This document shows, in pieces, positions 11,161 through 19,579 of a DNA stretch of 64,000 nt. The notes beneath the pieces are model-generated. The model had not been told where the DNA came from. It searched no databases and saw only the letters and a program-made list of their open reading frames with translations. Position numbers and translations under genes: made by a program. Positions within the stretch are counted from its first letter, which is position 1. Every line of letters starts with the position of its first letter. The stretch comes from Bacteroidia bacterium (GTDB lineage Bacteria; Bacteroidota; Bacteroidia; NS11-12g; UBA9320): contig CBDCFW010000006.1 of the NCBI GenBank assembly GCA_965216465.1, positions 288,001 through 352,000 on the forward strand. The letters run 5' to 3'.

Positions 11161-11847
11161 TTAGAGTTTTGGTTTTGGCTTAGTAACGTACACCGACTTT
11201 ATGTAATTCGGCTCATAATAGGCTACATCAACAAACGATTGAGATTCGAACAAATTCAAAGCCTCAAAAAGCATGTGCCTTGCAAGCAACTTTGTTTCAA
11301 CGAACTCGATGTCAAGGTCAGGATTTTCTTCTAACCATTTTGCTGCTCCGCTTCCTGATGCAACTAGGCTTCGATTTTGATAGCGAGCTTTAAATTCATC
11401 ATCAAGCGTCGTAAAAAACTCCTCTCCTTCTAACTCCAAATTGGAGTTAAAAACCCCAACATAAGCATCCATACGTCGGGCATCTACCAAACTAATAATT
11501 TGAGAAGAAGTAGCTGTTTGTTCTATTGCTGCTGCAGCTATTCCTTTCAGTGTTGAACATGCAATCAGTGGAATTCCAGCTCCAAAGCAGATTCCTTTAG
11601 CTAAGCTACATCCTATGCGCAGCCCAGTATATGAACCTGGACCACCGGCAATTGCTACCGCTTGCAAGTCATCATAATTGATTTTGGCCTCATCCATTAG
11701 CTCTTTCACCATTCCGGCTAAGTAGTTTGAGTGTGAATTTGCCTCATAGACTGCTTTTTCAGCAACAATCTCTTGGCCTCTGGCAAGAGCTATCGAGCAT
11801 ACTTCTCCAGAAGTTTCAATTAACAGAATTTGCGGACTATCAGACAA
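11161..11847 (-). CDS. tsaB: tRNA threonylcarbamoyladenosine biosynthesis protein TsaB
   Basis: ILLIETS, GPGSYTGLRIG, DARRMDAY and YEPNYIK motifs. Start probably TTG 11847, because TATCTTTG at 11876-11869 overlaps the upstream TTG. Confidence 0.93.
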   Translation of the reverse strand: MSDSPQILLIETSGEVCSIALARGQEIVAEKAVYEANSHSNYLAGMVKELMDEAKINYDDLQAVAIAGGPGSYTGLRIGCSLAKGICFGAGIPLIACSTLKGIAAAAIEQTATSSQIISLVDARRMDAYVGVFNSNLELEGEEFFTTLDDEFKARYQNRSLVASGSGAAKWLEENPDLDIEFVETKLLARHMLFEALNLFESQSFVDVAYYEPNYIKSVYVTKPKPKL

Positions 11848-13012
11848 TGATTCGAGCTTTAATACGGGCAAAGATAAAAACGACTAGACCTATTGCACAA
11901 AGAATCGCATAATTGAATTTTATTAACGGTATTACTCCACCCAAAATGCTCAAAGGCAGGCTTAAAACCAGTAAGAATAGAAGCAATACTGCACCCTCAC
12001 TTTTAATCTTGTTATAGTTGAATAAACACAATGGAATAACAAACAACAATGCATCGTAAGTCAAGTGATAAGTGAACACAAATGACACCAGAAGTAAACC
12101 TAGTAATAAGTGATTGAGGCGAAACCAACGCTTGCGGTATCCAACTACCATCATGGTAAACCCAATTAGTTGACCCACCATATTTATAATCTTCCAATTC
12201 GAAACATCTTGAGGGAAATAGTGATGCAGTAGCATACTTAACTCGCTATCACTAAATGTATAAATATTCTGCTCGTCTGGGGTGTACATGAACTCATAAT
12301 ACCAACTGGTTTTGTGCAACCACTGTGAGATGACATCAAAATTCTGAACAACTAACGGAACAAACATCAACAAAGAAGTAACTGCTCCTATCGCCAATAG
12401 CCTATATTGTTTTTGAGCTAAGAACCACAACGCGAATGGAATGGCAATAGAAAACTTCATCATTGCAATTCCGAGCAGTAAACCTGCCATTTTGGGGTGC
12501 TGTTTGTATATAAACACTGTTGTAAAAAGCAGTGCCATTACCGGCAACATGGGTTGACCTAAAGACCACGCAAAATAAGTAGGGCTTAAAGCTAAAATTA
12601 TTGCCCAAATGGTGTTGTCTCTTTTGTATTTGTACGCCAGCCATCCAATCCAGAATAACGACAAGGTACAAATGAACCACCACACCACACGTGCCATCTT
12701 CCATGGTAGGAAGCTTAAAGGCAAGAAAGGAATAAATGCCTGAGGCGGATAAAGAGATACGGATGCGTAAAGATTTCCAAAGTCTGTGGTTGATTCAAAC
12801 CCTTCTTTTTCTTTGATTGACCTCCACAAATCTCCACCGATGGAGTCGGTGTACAACACCTCATTTTCCATAAACAGTTTTCCGCCAATATATAGTCCTC
12901 GATAGTCTAAAGGATCAGCATAATTCCAATTTTTCTGAGAAGCTCGGTAAAGATTAAAAACAAAGAGCACTGAGCATATTGCCCACAGTAATATTTTATG
13001 CGTTTTGGACAA
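11840..13012 (-). CDS. GT87/DUF2029-type integral membrane glycosyltransferase (GT-C)
   Basis: DYRGLY, LYPPQAFIPFLPLSFLP, LGQ, GLLLGIAMMK and YHLTYD motifs; about 10 TM helices. Confidence 0.75.
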   Translation of the reverse strand: MSKTHKILLWAICSVLFVFNLYRASQKNWNYADPLDYRGLYIGGKLFMENEVLYTDSIGGDLWRSIKEKEGFESTTDFGNLYASVSLYPPQAFIPFLPLSFLPWKMARVVWWFICTLSLFWIGWLAYKYKRDNTIWAIILALSPTYFAWSLGQPMLPVMALLFTTVFIYKQHPKMAGLLLGIAMMKFSIAIPFALWFLAQKQYRLLAIGAVTSLLMFVPLVVQNFDVISQWLHKTSWYYEFMYTPDEQNIYTFSDSELSMLLHHYFPQDVSNWKIINMVGQLIGFTMMVVGYRKRWFRLNHLLLGLLLVSFVFTYHLTYDALLFVIPLCLFNYNKIKSEGAVLLLFLLVLSLPLSILGGVIPLIKFNYAILCAIGLVVFIFARIKARIIV

Positions 13013-13490
13013 CCTTCTTCACTTTTCGATAAGCCCAAGAGTTATTAAATGAAACATTCCAGCGATTTCTGAAATCTGAAAGATTACTAATGGTATTATC
13101 TAAGAACTCAGATTCATCAGCGATTACACCGCTATGATAAGCCTGATTAATTTCAGAGAGTTTGACCAAACGAACAGACTCCTCTTTTACAAAAGCCAAG
13201 TTCAATCGATTAAACAAGTCGATGTTGTATTTACTATCTAATTGTTTAAAAATGGCCGTTGCTCGGTCAATAGAACATCCCGAAGCTGCCTCAAAGTCTT
13301 CGTCAACTCCAAGAATTAAAATTTGGTCATAAGCTATGTGAAACTCAGCCTTCAGTTGACTTCCATGTGCATCCCACTGCATGCAAAATGCATTAAGCTG
13401 CTGCTGAACATCGGCCATTTCATCGGCACTCAGTTTTCTGTTTGCAGTATAGATCCAAATTCTACCATTTCCTGTAAGTTCCTGAAACAT
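12996..13490 (-). CDS. Conserved Bacteroidota protein with SGCSID motif (often mis-annotated as ABC transporter ATPase)
   Basis: RIWIY...W.AHG..L...ASGCSID...LFNR pattern; no Walker A motif visible. Confidence 0.7.
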   Translation of the reverse strand: MFQELTGNGRIWIYTANRKLSADEMADVQQQLNAFCMQWDAHGSQLKAEFHIAYDQILILGVDEDFEAASGCSIDRATAIFKQLDSKYNIDLFNRLNLAFVKEESVRLVKLSEINQAYHSGVIADESEFLDNTISNLSDFRNRWNVSFNNSWAYRKVKKVVQNA

Positions 13491-13584
13491 TATACGAAGA
13501 TACGGCATTCAATTTTCATCGACAAAAACCTATACGTTCGTCTGAAACCTAAAAATTTCATTGCAATCGTAACATTCATTTTTA

Positions 13585-13601
13585 ACTTTGTATCTCAAAG
13601 T
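13585..13601. promoter_or_regulatory. Palindromic operator ACTTTG-N5-CAAAGT overlapping a TAACTTTG -7 promoter box
   Basis: ACTTTG-tatct-CAAAGT, -7 box at 13583-13590; second copy at 15917-15933. Confidence 0.75.
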
Positions 13602-13608
13602 ACTTTTT

Positions 13609-14232
13609 ATGACCAACGAAAAACACATTGATGACCTGAAAGAAATCCGCTCGCTAATGGAACGTTCTTCACGTTTCATTTCACTAAGTGGTTTGTCCGG
13701 TGTAATGGCTGGAATATACGCGTTAATAGGTGCTTATTTTGCCAATAAGCATTTTGTGGAAACCACCACTAATGCTGATTACATCCCCTATTTCTTCGAC
13801 ATGCCGTATTACTACACTTATTACTTTGTTGTAGCAGGATTGGTCTTATTCTTTTCGCTAGGTACGGGTATTATTCTGACGGCTAGAAGAGCGAAAATGA
13901 AAGGACAAACAATTTGGGACAAAGTCGCTTTACGTATGTTAGCCAATGTCGGTTTTCCTTTGGTTGTAGGAGGAATATTTTGCATTGCCATGCTCTACCA
14001 CAAAGAAGAAGCAATGATCGCATCAACCATGCTAATTTTTTATGGACTAGGACTTATTAATGCCAGCAAATACACTTTGAAAGACATTAGAATGCTTGGA
14101 GTAATTGAAGTTATTCTAGGAATTCTTGCAGCATTTTTTATCAAGAACGGAATCATATTCTGGGCTATAGGCTTCGGAATTATGCATATCTGCTATGGCA
14201 TATACATGTACATTAAATACGAACGCAATTAA
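13609..14232 (+). CDS. Conserved six-TM membrane protein upstream of creD
   Basis: IRSLMERSSRFISLSGLSG, FYGLGLINASKYT and GFGIMHICYG motifs. Confidence 0.75.
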   Translation: MTNEKHIDDLKEIRSLMERSSRFISLSGLSGVMAGIYALIGAYFANKHFVETTTNADYIPYFFDMPYYYTYYFVVAGLVLFFSLGTGIILTARRAKMKGQTIWDKVALRMLANVGFPLVVGGIFCIAMLYHKEEAMIASTMLIFYGLGLINASKYTLKDIRMLGVIEVILGILAAFFIKNGIIFWAIGFGIMHICYGIYMYIKYERN

Positions 14233-14245
14233 ACTTTAAATCGAT

Positions 14246-15568
14246 ATGGAACCAAGACCATCATTTTATCAACGTTATGCAGCCATAATCAAAATGGCTA
14301 CGCTAGGAGTTTTAGTCCTACTGCTACTCATCCCTCAGGTGATGATTCAAGAAGTAATTCGTGAGAGAAAGAACACTCAGGCTGAAGTTAAACGAGAAAT
14401 CAGTTCAAAATGGGGCCAAGGCCAGACCATCAGTGGTCCAGTAATTTCTGTTCCTTACAAGGGTTATGTTAAAAACAGTCACAACAATCGTGAAGAGGTT
14501 TCTAAACGTATACATCTACTCCCTGAAAAGCTTTCAATTGAAGGACATTTAGATACCACCTTGAAAAAAAGAAGCATATACGAGGTAATTGCATATATGA
14601 CCGACCTTAATATTAAAGGGAAGTTTGTTACGAATGAAATAAATGATTTAGGAATTAACCCTAACAATATCATGTGGGATAAAGCGACGATAAGCATGGG
14701 CATATCTGATCTTACAGGAATTCAAGATGAGATTACGATGAAATGGGATGCTACGGAGATAGACTTTAATCCTGGGTTAGATAATCACGACAATTACAGA
14801 TCAGGTGTGAGTTCTCCGGTTAAAGTATCGCGTAACGATACAATTGATTTTGATCTAACTTTATCGATAAAAGGTAGCGACCATATTCGGTTTATTCCTG
14901 CTGGTAAAGTTACTGAAGTGAAAATTACATCGAACTGTCCAAACCCCAGTTTCGATGGTAGCTTTTTGCCTACTCCTACCGATGAAGCTTCTGTAACTGA
15001 TGATGGATTTAAAGGAGAATGGAAAGTGCTTCATTTAAACAGAAACTTCCCTCAAGCATGGGTTAACAATTCGCAAGACATGGATTACTGGTGGTTTGGG
15101 GTAACACTTAAACTCGATGTTAATCACTACTTAAAAACGATGCGTTCAGCTAAATATGCAGTACTGTTCATCGCTATGACGTTCTTAAGTTTCTTCTTTA
15201 TTGAAATTTTAAATAAGAAAAAAATACACCCTATTCAATACATTCTAATCGGACTTGTTTTGGTTGTATTTTATGTGTTATTGCTTTCGTTAGCAGAACA
15301 AATGGGCTTTGATTCAGCTTACCTCATAGCTAGTTTAGCCGTAATCTTGCTTATTACAATCTACTCAGCTTCGGTACTAGAATCAAAGGCAAAAACAGGA
15401 ATAATATTTACGGTGCTTGCGGTGTTGTACGCATTCATTTACGTAATAATACAAATGGCAGAACAAAGTTTATTGTTCGGAAGTATCGGGCTGTTCTTAT
15501 TTTTGGCGGCTGTAATGTTAATCTCAAGAAAGGTCGACTGGTACTCAATTGGAATAAAAGAAAAATAA
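14246..15568 (+). CDS. creD: Cell envelope integrity inner-membrane protein CreD
   Basis: WGQGQTISGPVISVPY, KRSIYEV, PSFDGSFLP, RSAKYAVLFI, HPIQYILIGL and RKVDWY motifs. Confidence 0.93.
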   Translation: MEPRPSFYQRYAAIIKMATLGVLVLLLLIPQVMIQEVIRERKNTQAEVKREISSKWGQGQTISGPVISVPYKGYVKNSHNNREEVSKRIHLLPEKLSIEGHLDTTLKKRSIYEVIAYMTDLNIKGKFVTNEINDLGINPNNIMWDKATISMGISDLTGIQDEITMKWDATEIDFNPGLDNHDNYRSGVSSPVKVSRNDTIDFDLTLSIKGSDHIRFIPAGKVTEVKITSNCPNPSFDGSFLPTPTDEASVTDDGFKGEWKVLHLNRNFPQAWVNNSQDMDYWWFGVTLKLDVNHYLKTMRSAKYAVLFIAMTFLSFFFIEILNKKKIHPIQYILIGLVLVVFYVLLLSLAEQMGFDSAYLIASLAVILLITIYSASVLESKAKTGIIFTVLAVLYAFIYVIIQMAEQSLLFGSIGLFLFLAAVMLISRKVDWYSIGIKEK

Positions 15569-15576
15569 AGCATATG

Positions 15577-15608
15577 TCTCCATACATACCATTGCGTATG
15601 TGTGGAGG
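15577..15608 (+). promoter_or_regulatory. Intergenic 13-bp stem-loop between creD and the regulator
   Basis: TCTCCATACATAC-cattgc-GTATGTGTGGAGG (two G-U pairs), followed by CTTT. Confidence 0.6.
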
Positions 15609-15616
15609 CTTTACTA

Positions 15617-15901
15617 ATGATTGATAACTTAAATAAAGCATTTGAAAACAGGATTAGGCTAGGCTTCATGAGTCTGCTGATGGTAAACGACACCATAGAC
15701 TTTAATACGGCTAAGACCTTATTAAAAGTCACTGACGGAAACTTAGCTAGTCACAGTAATGCGTTAGAAAAATTAAACTACATCAAAGTGAAAAAAGGAT
15801 TTGTGGGCAAGAAAACTAAGACTACTTATAGTGTAACTGCTAAAGGACGAAAAGCTTTCAAAGCCCACCTTGATGCCTTGGAACAATTGCTGAACCCATA
15901 A
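15617..15901 (+). CDS. Winged helix-turn-helix transcriptional regulator (HTH_34, MarR/ArsR-like)
   Basis: FENRIRLGFMSLL, TDGNLASH, KGFVGKKTKTTY and GRKAFKAHLDALE motifs. Confidence 0.9.
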   Translation: MIDNLNKAFENRIRLGFMSLLMVNDTIDFNTAKTLLKVTDGNLASHSNALEKLNYIKVKKGFVGKKTKTTYSVTAKGRKAFKAHLDALEQLLNP

Positions 15902-15916
15902 TTTTTTTGACTTTTT

Positions 15917-15933
15917 ACTTTGTTTTTCAAAGT
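15917..15933. promoter_or_regulatory. Second copy of palindromic operator ACTTTG-N5-CAAAGT
   Basis: ACTTTG-ttttt-CAAAGT, 20 nt upstream of ATG 15954. Confidence 0.75.
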
Positions 15934-15953
15934 GCTTTGCTAATTACATTACA

Positions 15954-16613
15954 ATGAATATAGAATACTTTTTTAACTACATGCTTCAGAATAAAACTGA
16001 AGTCATTAAACAGGCACTTAACGCCGAACTTCCTAAACCCATAGTTCGAGCTTTGCTATTCATTTCAATGCTGTGTTTTGCAGTCTTTGGATTTATGATT
16101 GGTAGCTCACATAGTGTGGTACAAGGTGCAGTTTCTTTTGTAAAACTCCCCTTCTTGTTTTACATAACTGGAACGATCTGCTTTCCCACTCTCTATATTT
16201 TTCTTGCACTTTTTGGGATGAAAATATCGTTCAAAGGCATTGCCCAGTTTAGCATGATAGCTATCAGCATCATGTCGCTGATCCTCATTGCATTTACTCC
16301 GGTGTCTTTGTTCTTTTTAGTTGTAGGAACCCCTTATGAAACCTACAAATTGCTCAATGTTGGAATAATGGGAATAGCTGGATTTTCGGGTGTATATATT
16401 TTCAGCAAATACATTATGATAAATACTGCGGTTGACTTTGAAAACCGTGTTAAGGTAACCGTGTTCATTCGGTTGTGGTTGGTTATGTTCGCTTTAATTG
16501 GGTCTAACCTTGGATTCGCCATAAGTCCAATCTTTGGTGACCCAACTAAGGCGTTCATGCTAATAACTACTGCTAACCAGAACTTCTTCACTCATATCAT
16601 TTCAATTCTTTAA
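15954..16613 (+). CDS. Five-TM membrane protein of unknown function (Yip1-like topology)
   Basis: VKLPFLFYITGTICFPTLY...PVSLFF...WLVMFALIGSNL...PIFG; hydrophobic. Confidence 0.65.
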   Translation: MNIEYFFNYMLQNKTEVIKQALNAELPKPIVRALLFISMLCFAVFGFMIGSSHSVVQGAVSFVKLPFLFYITGTICFPTLYIFLALFGMKISFKGIAQFSMIAISIMSLILIAFTPVSLFFLVVGTPYETYKLLNVGIMGIAGFSGVYIFSKYIMINTAVDFENRVKVTVFIRLWLVMFALIGSNLGFAISPIFGDPTKAFMLITTANQNFFTHIISIL

Positions 16614-16617
16614 CGCT

Positions 16618-17097
16618 ATGATTGCAATTCCTGTGGTTCTTCTCTTGTTATTCGTTTTTGGCATCGCGATAATCGATGGTTGTTCTTACCTGCTGTCTCA
16701 GAAGCGTGTGGTAAACATCAAACTGCGTGCTGCGATTGATTTCCTTATACTGGCAGGGCTTCCTTTGCTATTTTTCGGAATTGCTAAAGATTTATTCGGG
16801 GGCGGAATTCTACACCCTATCCCACCCCAATACGAATACGTGCTACACATCTTAGTGGCCATTGTAGTTGTAGGCTATTTCTGTTGCTACTTCAACTTTA
16901 TTTATGAACTCCCAGAACTAGTAGGTCTCATAACTTTAATACTCTTATTGGGAATTTTAGTCAATATAATGATCGCATTAAACTCGTTTCATGACCTCAG
17001 TCTATTTGCCTTGTTCAACGGTCTAATCATCTTACTACTTGTAAATAAACTCATCGAAATTCACATTAATAAAGTTGAATATGAAAAAAGTAATTAA
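16618..17097 (+). CDS. Hypothetical membrane protein
   Basis: About five hydrophobic segments; starts 4 nt after the previous stop. Confidence 0.6.
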   Translation: MIAIPVVLLLLFVFGIAIIDGCSYLLSQKRVVNIKLRAAIDFLILAGLPLLFFGIAKDLFGGGILHPIPPQYEYVLHILVAIVVVGYFCCYFNFIYELPELVGLITLILLLGILVNIMIALNSFHDLSLFALFNGLIILLLVNKLIEIHINKVEYEKSN

Positions 17098-17791
17098 TCT
17101 AAATACATTCTTTGTCGCATTATTCGGTATTGCTTTTGGCTTGGTTGAATGTGCCGTTGTGGTGTACATAAGAGCTCAATACTATCCCGACGGCTTTTCC
17201 TTCCCGCTGCATGCTATCTCACACGACATCATCATTACTGAGCTGTGGCGAGAGGCGGCAACCATCCTAATGCTTATTGCCGTTGGTTATTTGGCAGGGA
17301 AAACCCGACCACAACGCTTCGCTTATTTCTTGATCAGCTTTGCTGTCTGGGATATCTTTTACTATATATTTCTTAAACTCTTTATCAATTGGCCAGAGAG
17401 TTTAATGACCTGGGATATCCTCTTTCTTCTACCTGTAGTTTGGATTGGTCCGGTAATAGCTCCTGTACTTTTATCTCTATTGATGATTGCATTGGCTTCT
17501 CTGCTTCTCTACTATAATAAAAAGCTAAAACCCCTCGAATTAATTTTACTCATTAGCGGGTCGATTATTAGCATAGTTTCTTTTATGATCGACTACTTGA
17601 GCTATGTTTCTAAACATTCACACTTAGAATCAGCTCGAGAGATAGCCAACTTGTCGTTAACTTATGTTCCTGAATCCTACAATTGGGTCTTATTTGCTAT
17701 CGCCGTAAAACTCATTCTTGGTGCCATGGTAATCTACTTTATTCGCAACAAGAACCGAAAAATAGAATTGGCTAATATGCAGATGTTTTAA
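17081..17791 (+). CDS. Conserved hypothetical membrane protein
   Basis: ECAVVVYIR..YP.GF.FPL, ELWREAATILML, WDIFYY and WDILFLLPVVWIGPV motifs; overlaps the upstream gene. Confidence 0.7.
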   Translation: MKKVINLNTFFVALFGIAFGLVECAVVVYIRAQYYPDGFSFPLHAISHDIIITELWREAATILMLIAVGYLAGKTRPQRFAYFLISFAVWDIFYYIFLKLFINWPESLMTWDILFLLPVVWIGPVIAPVLLSLLMIALASLLLYYNKKLKPLELILLISGSIISIVSFMIDYLSYVSKHSHLESAREIANLSLTYVPESYNWVLFAIAVKLILGAMVIYFIRNKNRKIELANMQMF

Positions 17792-19485
17792 TGGATTCTT
17801 ATACGAACTCCAAACTGTAAATTGGGATAAAACTTCACATTTGTACCGTGATAGGGATTGTATCCATACCCGCCATTTAAGAATACCGAATTATCAAAAG
17901 ATTGACTATACTTAGAATATTCAAATTCAAGATAAACATTGTTATTCACTTTTATGGGCTCTTCAGACGACTCAACAATTCCATTCCATCCAATATTAGC
18001 CGCAATCCACCCTTTGGGTCTTGGAGGAGTATTTACAGGCATCCACGAGTTAAGACCTGCATTTATAAATAATGGAACTTCGGCCATTGTTTGAGATACT
18101 CTTAAATTGGCAAACACATTTGCTGTATCCGTAATCCCCATGAATAGTTGGCTTCTCAATGAATAAGATTGATCGAACTTCCACCCTATATCAATTCCAA
18201 GTGCAGCGTATTGTTCGTTTGTCTCACCGTTATTTCGATTACCGAGCTCTGCAAATAGGTATCTTGAAGCTTTTGGGCTAAAAGCACAATTCATTATTCC
18301 TCCACCACCAAGACCTCCCCATCCATAGCACTTATCACATTCCGAAGGTTCTGAACCGAAAATACAACAATCCATCTCCCTAACAATCTGATTTAAACAC
18401 AGATATCGAGTATAGGTTAGCTCTGTGTAATAATAATGACTTCTTCCTTCAAGCTTTGCACGACGCTTTTTAAAGATTTTGGCCAAAAAATTCTGCCAGC
18501 GTGTGTTCTTATGTCTTCGTTTCCATTTCCTGCCATTTCTAATCCCTCTCCACTCTAATGGGGTGAACGTATCGCAAGCTTCAAAATAGGTTGCAGATTT
18601 ATCTATATATGACCTTTCAGCTCTTACCGTTACTTTATTCGACCGAAAAAATCGATGTTTCATATCCAAATGATCCATTAAAAAACGGTCGACTTGATGA
18701 CACTTGATCGATTCTTTCTTCATGAACGCACTATAATCTGCTAAAAGATTCTCACACCCATCACACGGAGTAGAATCAATCGTGAATATGGCATAATTAT
18801 CATAGTCATTTTTAGGAATGCGAACGTAGTAATCAGGATAGTTTCTACGCTTTGTCTTTAATTTGGATTTTCTCCAACGCAATCTGTAGATTGACATTGA
18901 ATCTCGCCAATCTTTGGTCTTAGTTGTTTTACCAGCGTAATAAATTAAGGTCCTAGAATCTGCAAAATTTGTCTCAACAGAAACGTAATCTTTTCGTCTA
19001 TGCTGAACTGTATGTACAAAGGAGCGATGTAGTAAAGTGTCTGCTCTTTTGTAGCAAAATTCAATGGGCGGAGAAAAAGTGTCTTCGACCACAATTACTT
19101 CCTCAGGTTTTGAGAAAAAGATAACATCCACTCGCCTATTTCCTGCCATGTTTCGACCGCGTAATTCCCCTCTGCTACTCACTACAATTTTGGGCGATGT
19201 AGGAAACATTTTCTTGCACACCTTTGAAACAGTTTTTGCTCTTTTATAGCCTAAGGAAAGATTTGCCTTTATGCTTCCAACCGAATCTGCCATACCCACA
19301 AAATGAACTGAATCTAAGTTGTTTACATAGATGTTGTGAGGAATAGCCCGAATTCTCCTCATTTGTTTAGGAAGAATATTAGACTTGCCAAACTCAAAGT
19401 ACACCGACATGGTGTCAGTGGTTTGTGCATTTAGTGAACAAGCACCAATCAAAAAGAAGATCAATATGGAGATTCGAGTTTTCAC
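17788..19485 (-). CDS. Secreted protein with N-terminal OmpA-like peptidoglycan-binding domain
   Basis: After the signal peptide: VYFEFGKSNI, GMADSVGSIKANLSLGYKRA, SRGE and NRRVDV. C-terminal beta-strand-rich region. Confidence 0.75.
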   Translation of the reverse strand: MKTRISILIFFLIGACSLNAQTTDTMSVYFEFGKSNILPKQMRRIRAIPHNIYVNNLDSVHFVGMADSVGSIKANLSLGYKRAKTVSKVCKKMFPTSPKIVVSSRGELRGRNMAGNRRVDVIFFSKPEEVIVVEDTFSPPIEFCYKRADTLLHRSFVHTVQHRRKDYVSVETNFADSRTLIYYAGKTTKTKDWRDSMSIYRLRWRKSKLKTKRRNYPDYYVRIPKNDYDNYAIFTIDSTPCDGCENLLADYSAFMKKESIKCHQVDRFLMDHLDMKHRFFRSNKVTVRAERSYIDKSATYFEACDTFTPLEWRGIRNGRKWKRRHKNTRWQNFLAKIFKKRRAKLEGRSHYYYTELTYTRYLCLNQIVREMDCCIFGSEPSECDKCYGWGGLGGGGIMNCAFSPKASRYLFAELGNRNNGETNEQYAALGIDIGWKFDQSYSLRSQLFMGITDTANVFANLRVSQTMAEVPLFINAGLNSWMPVNTPPRPKGWIAANIGWNGIVESSEEPIKVNNNVYLEFEYSKYSQSFDNSVFLNGGYGYNPYHGTNVKFYPNLQFGVRIRIH

Positions 19486-19527
19486 TTAGCTTTCAAGTAT
19501 AACGAATCTCAAGAAATCTTATTTCAC

Positions 19528-19560
19528 AAAAAAGCCGTCCCCAAGTGAGTTGGGGACGGC
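19528..19560 (-). terminator. Rho-independent terminator of lpdA
   Basis: GCCGTCCCCAA-N5-TTGGGGACGGC with a T6 run on the minus strand. Confidence 0.9.
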
Positions 19561-19579
19561 CTTTATAAGTTCTATTCGA

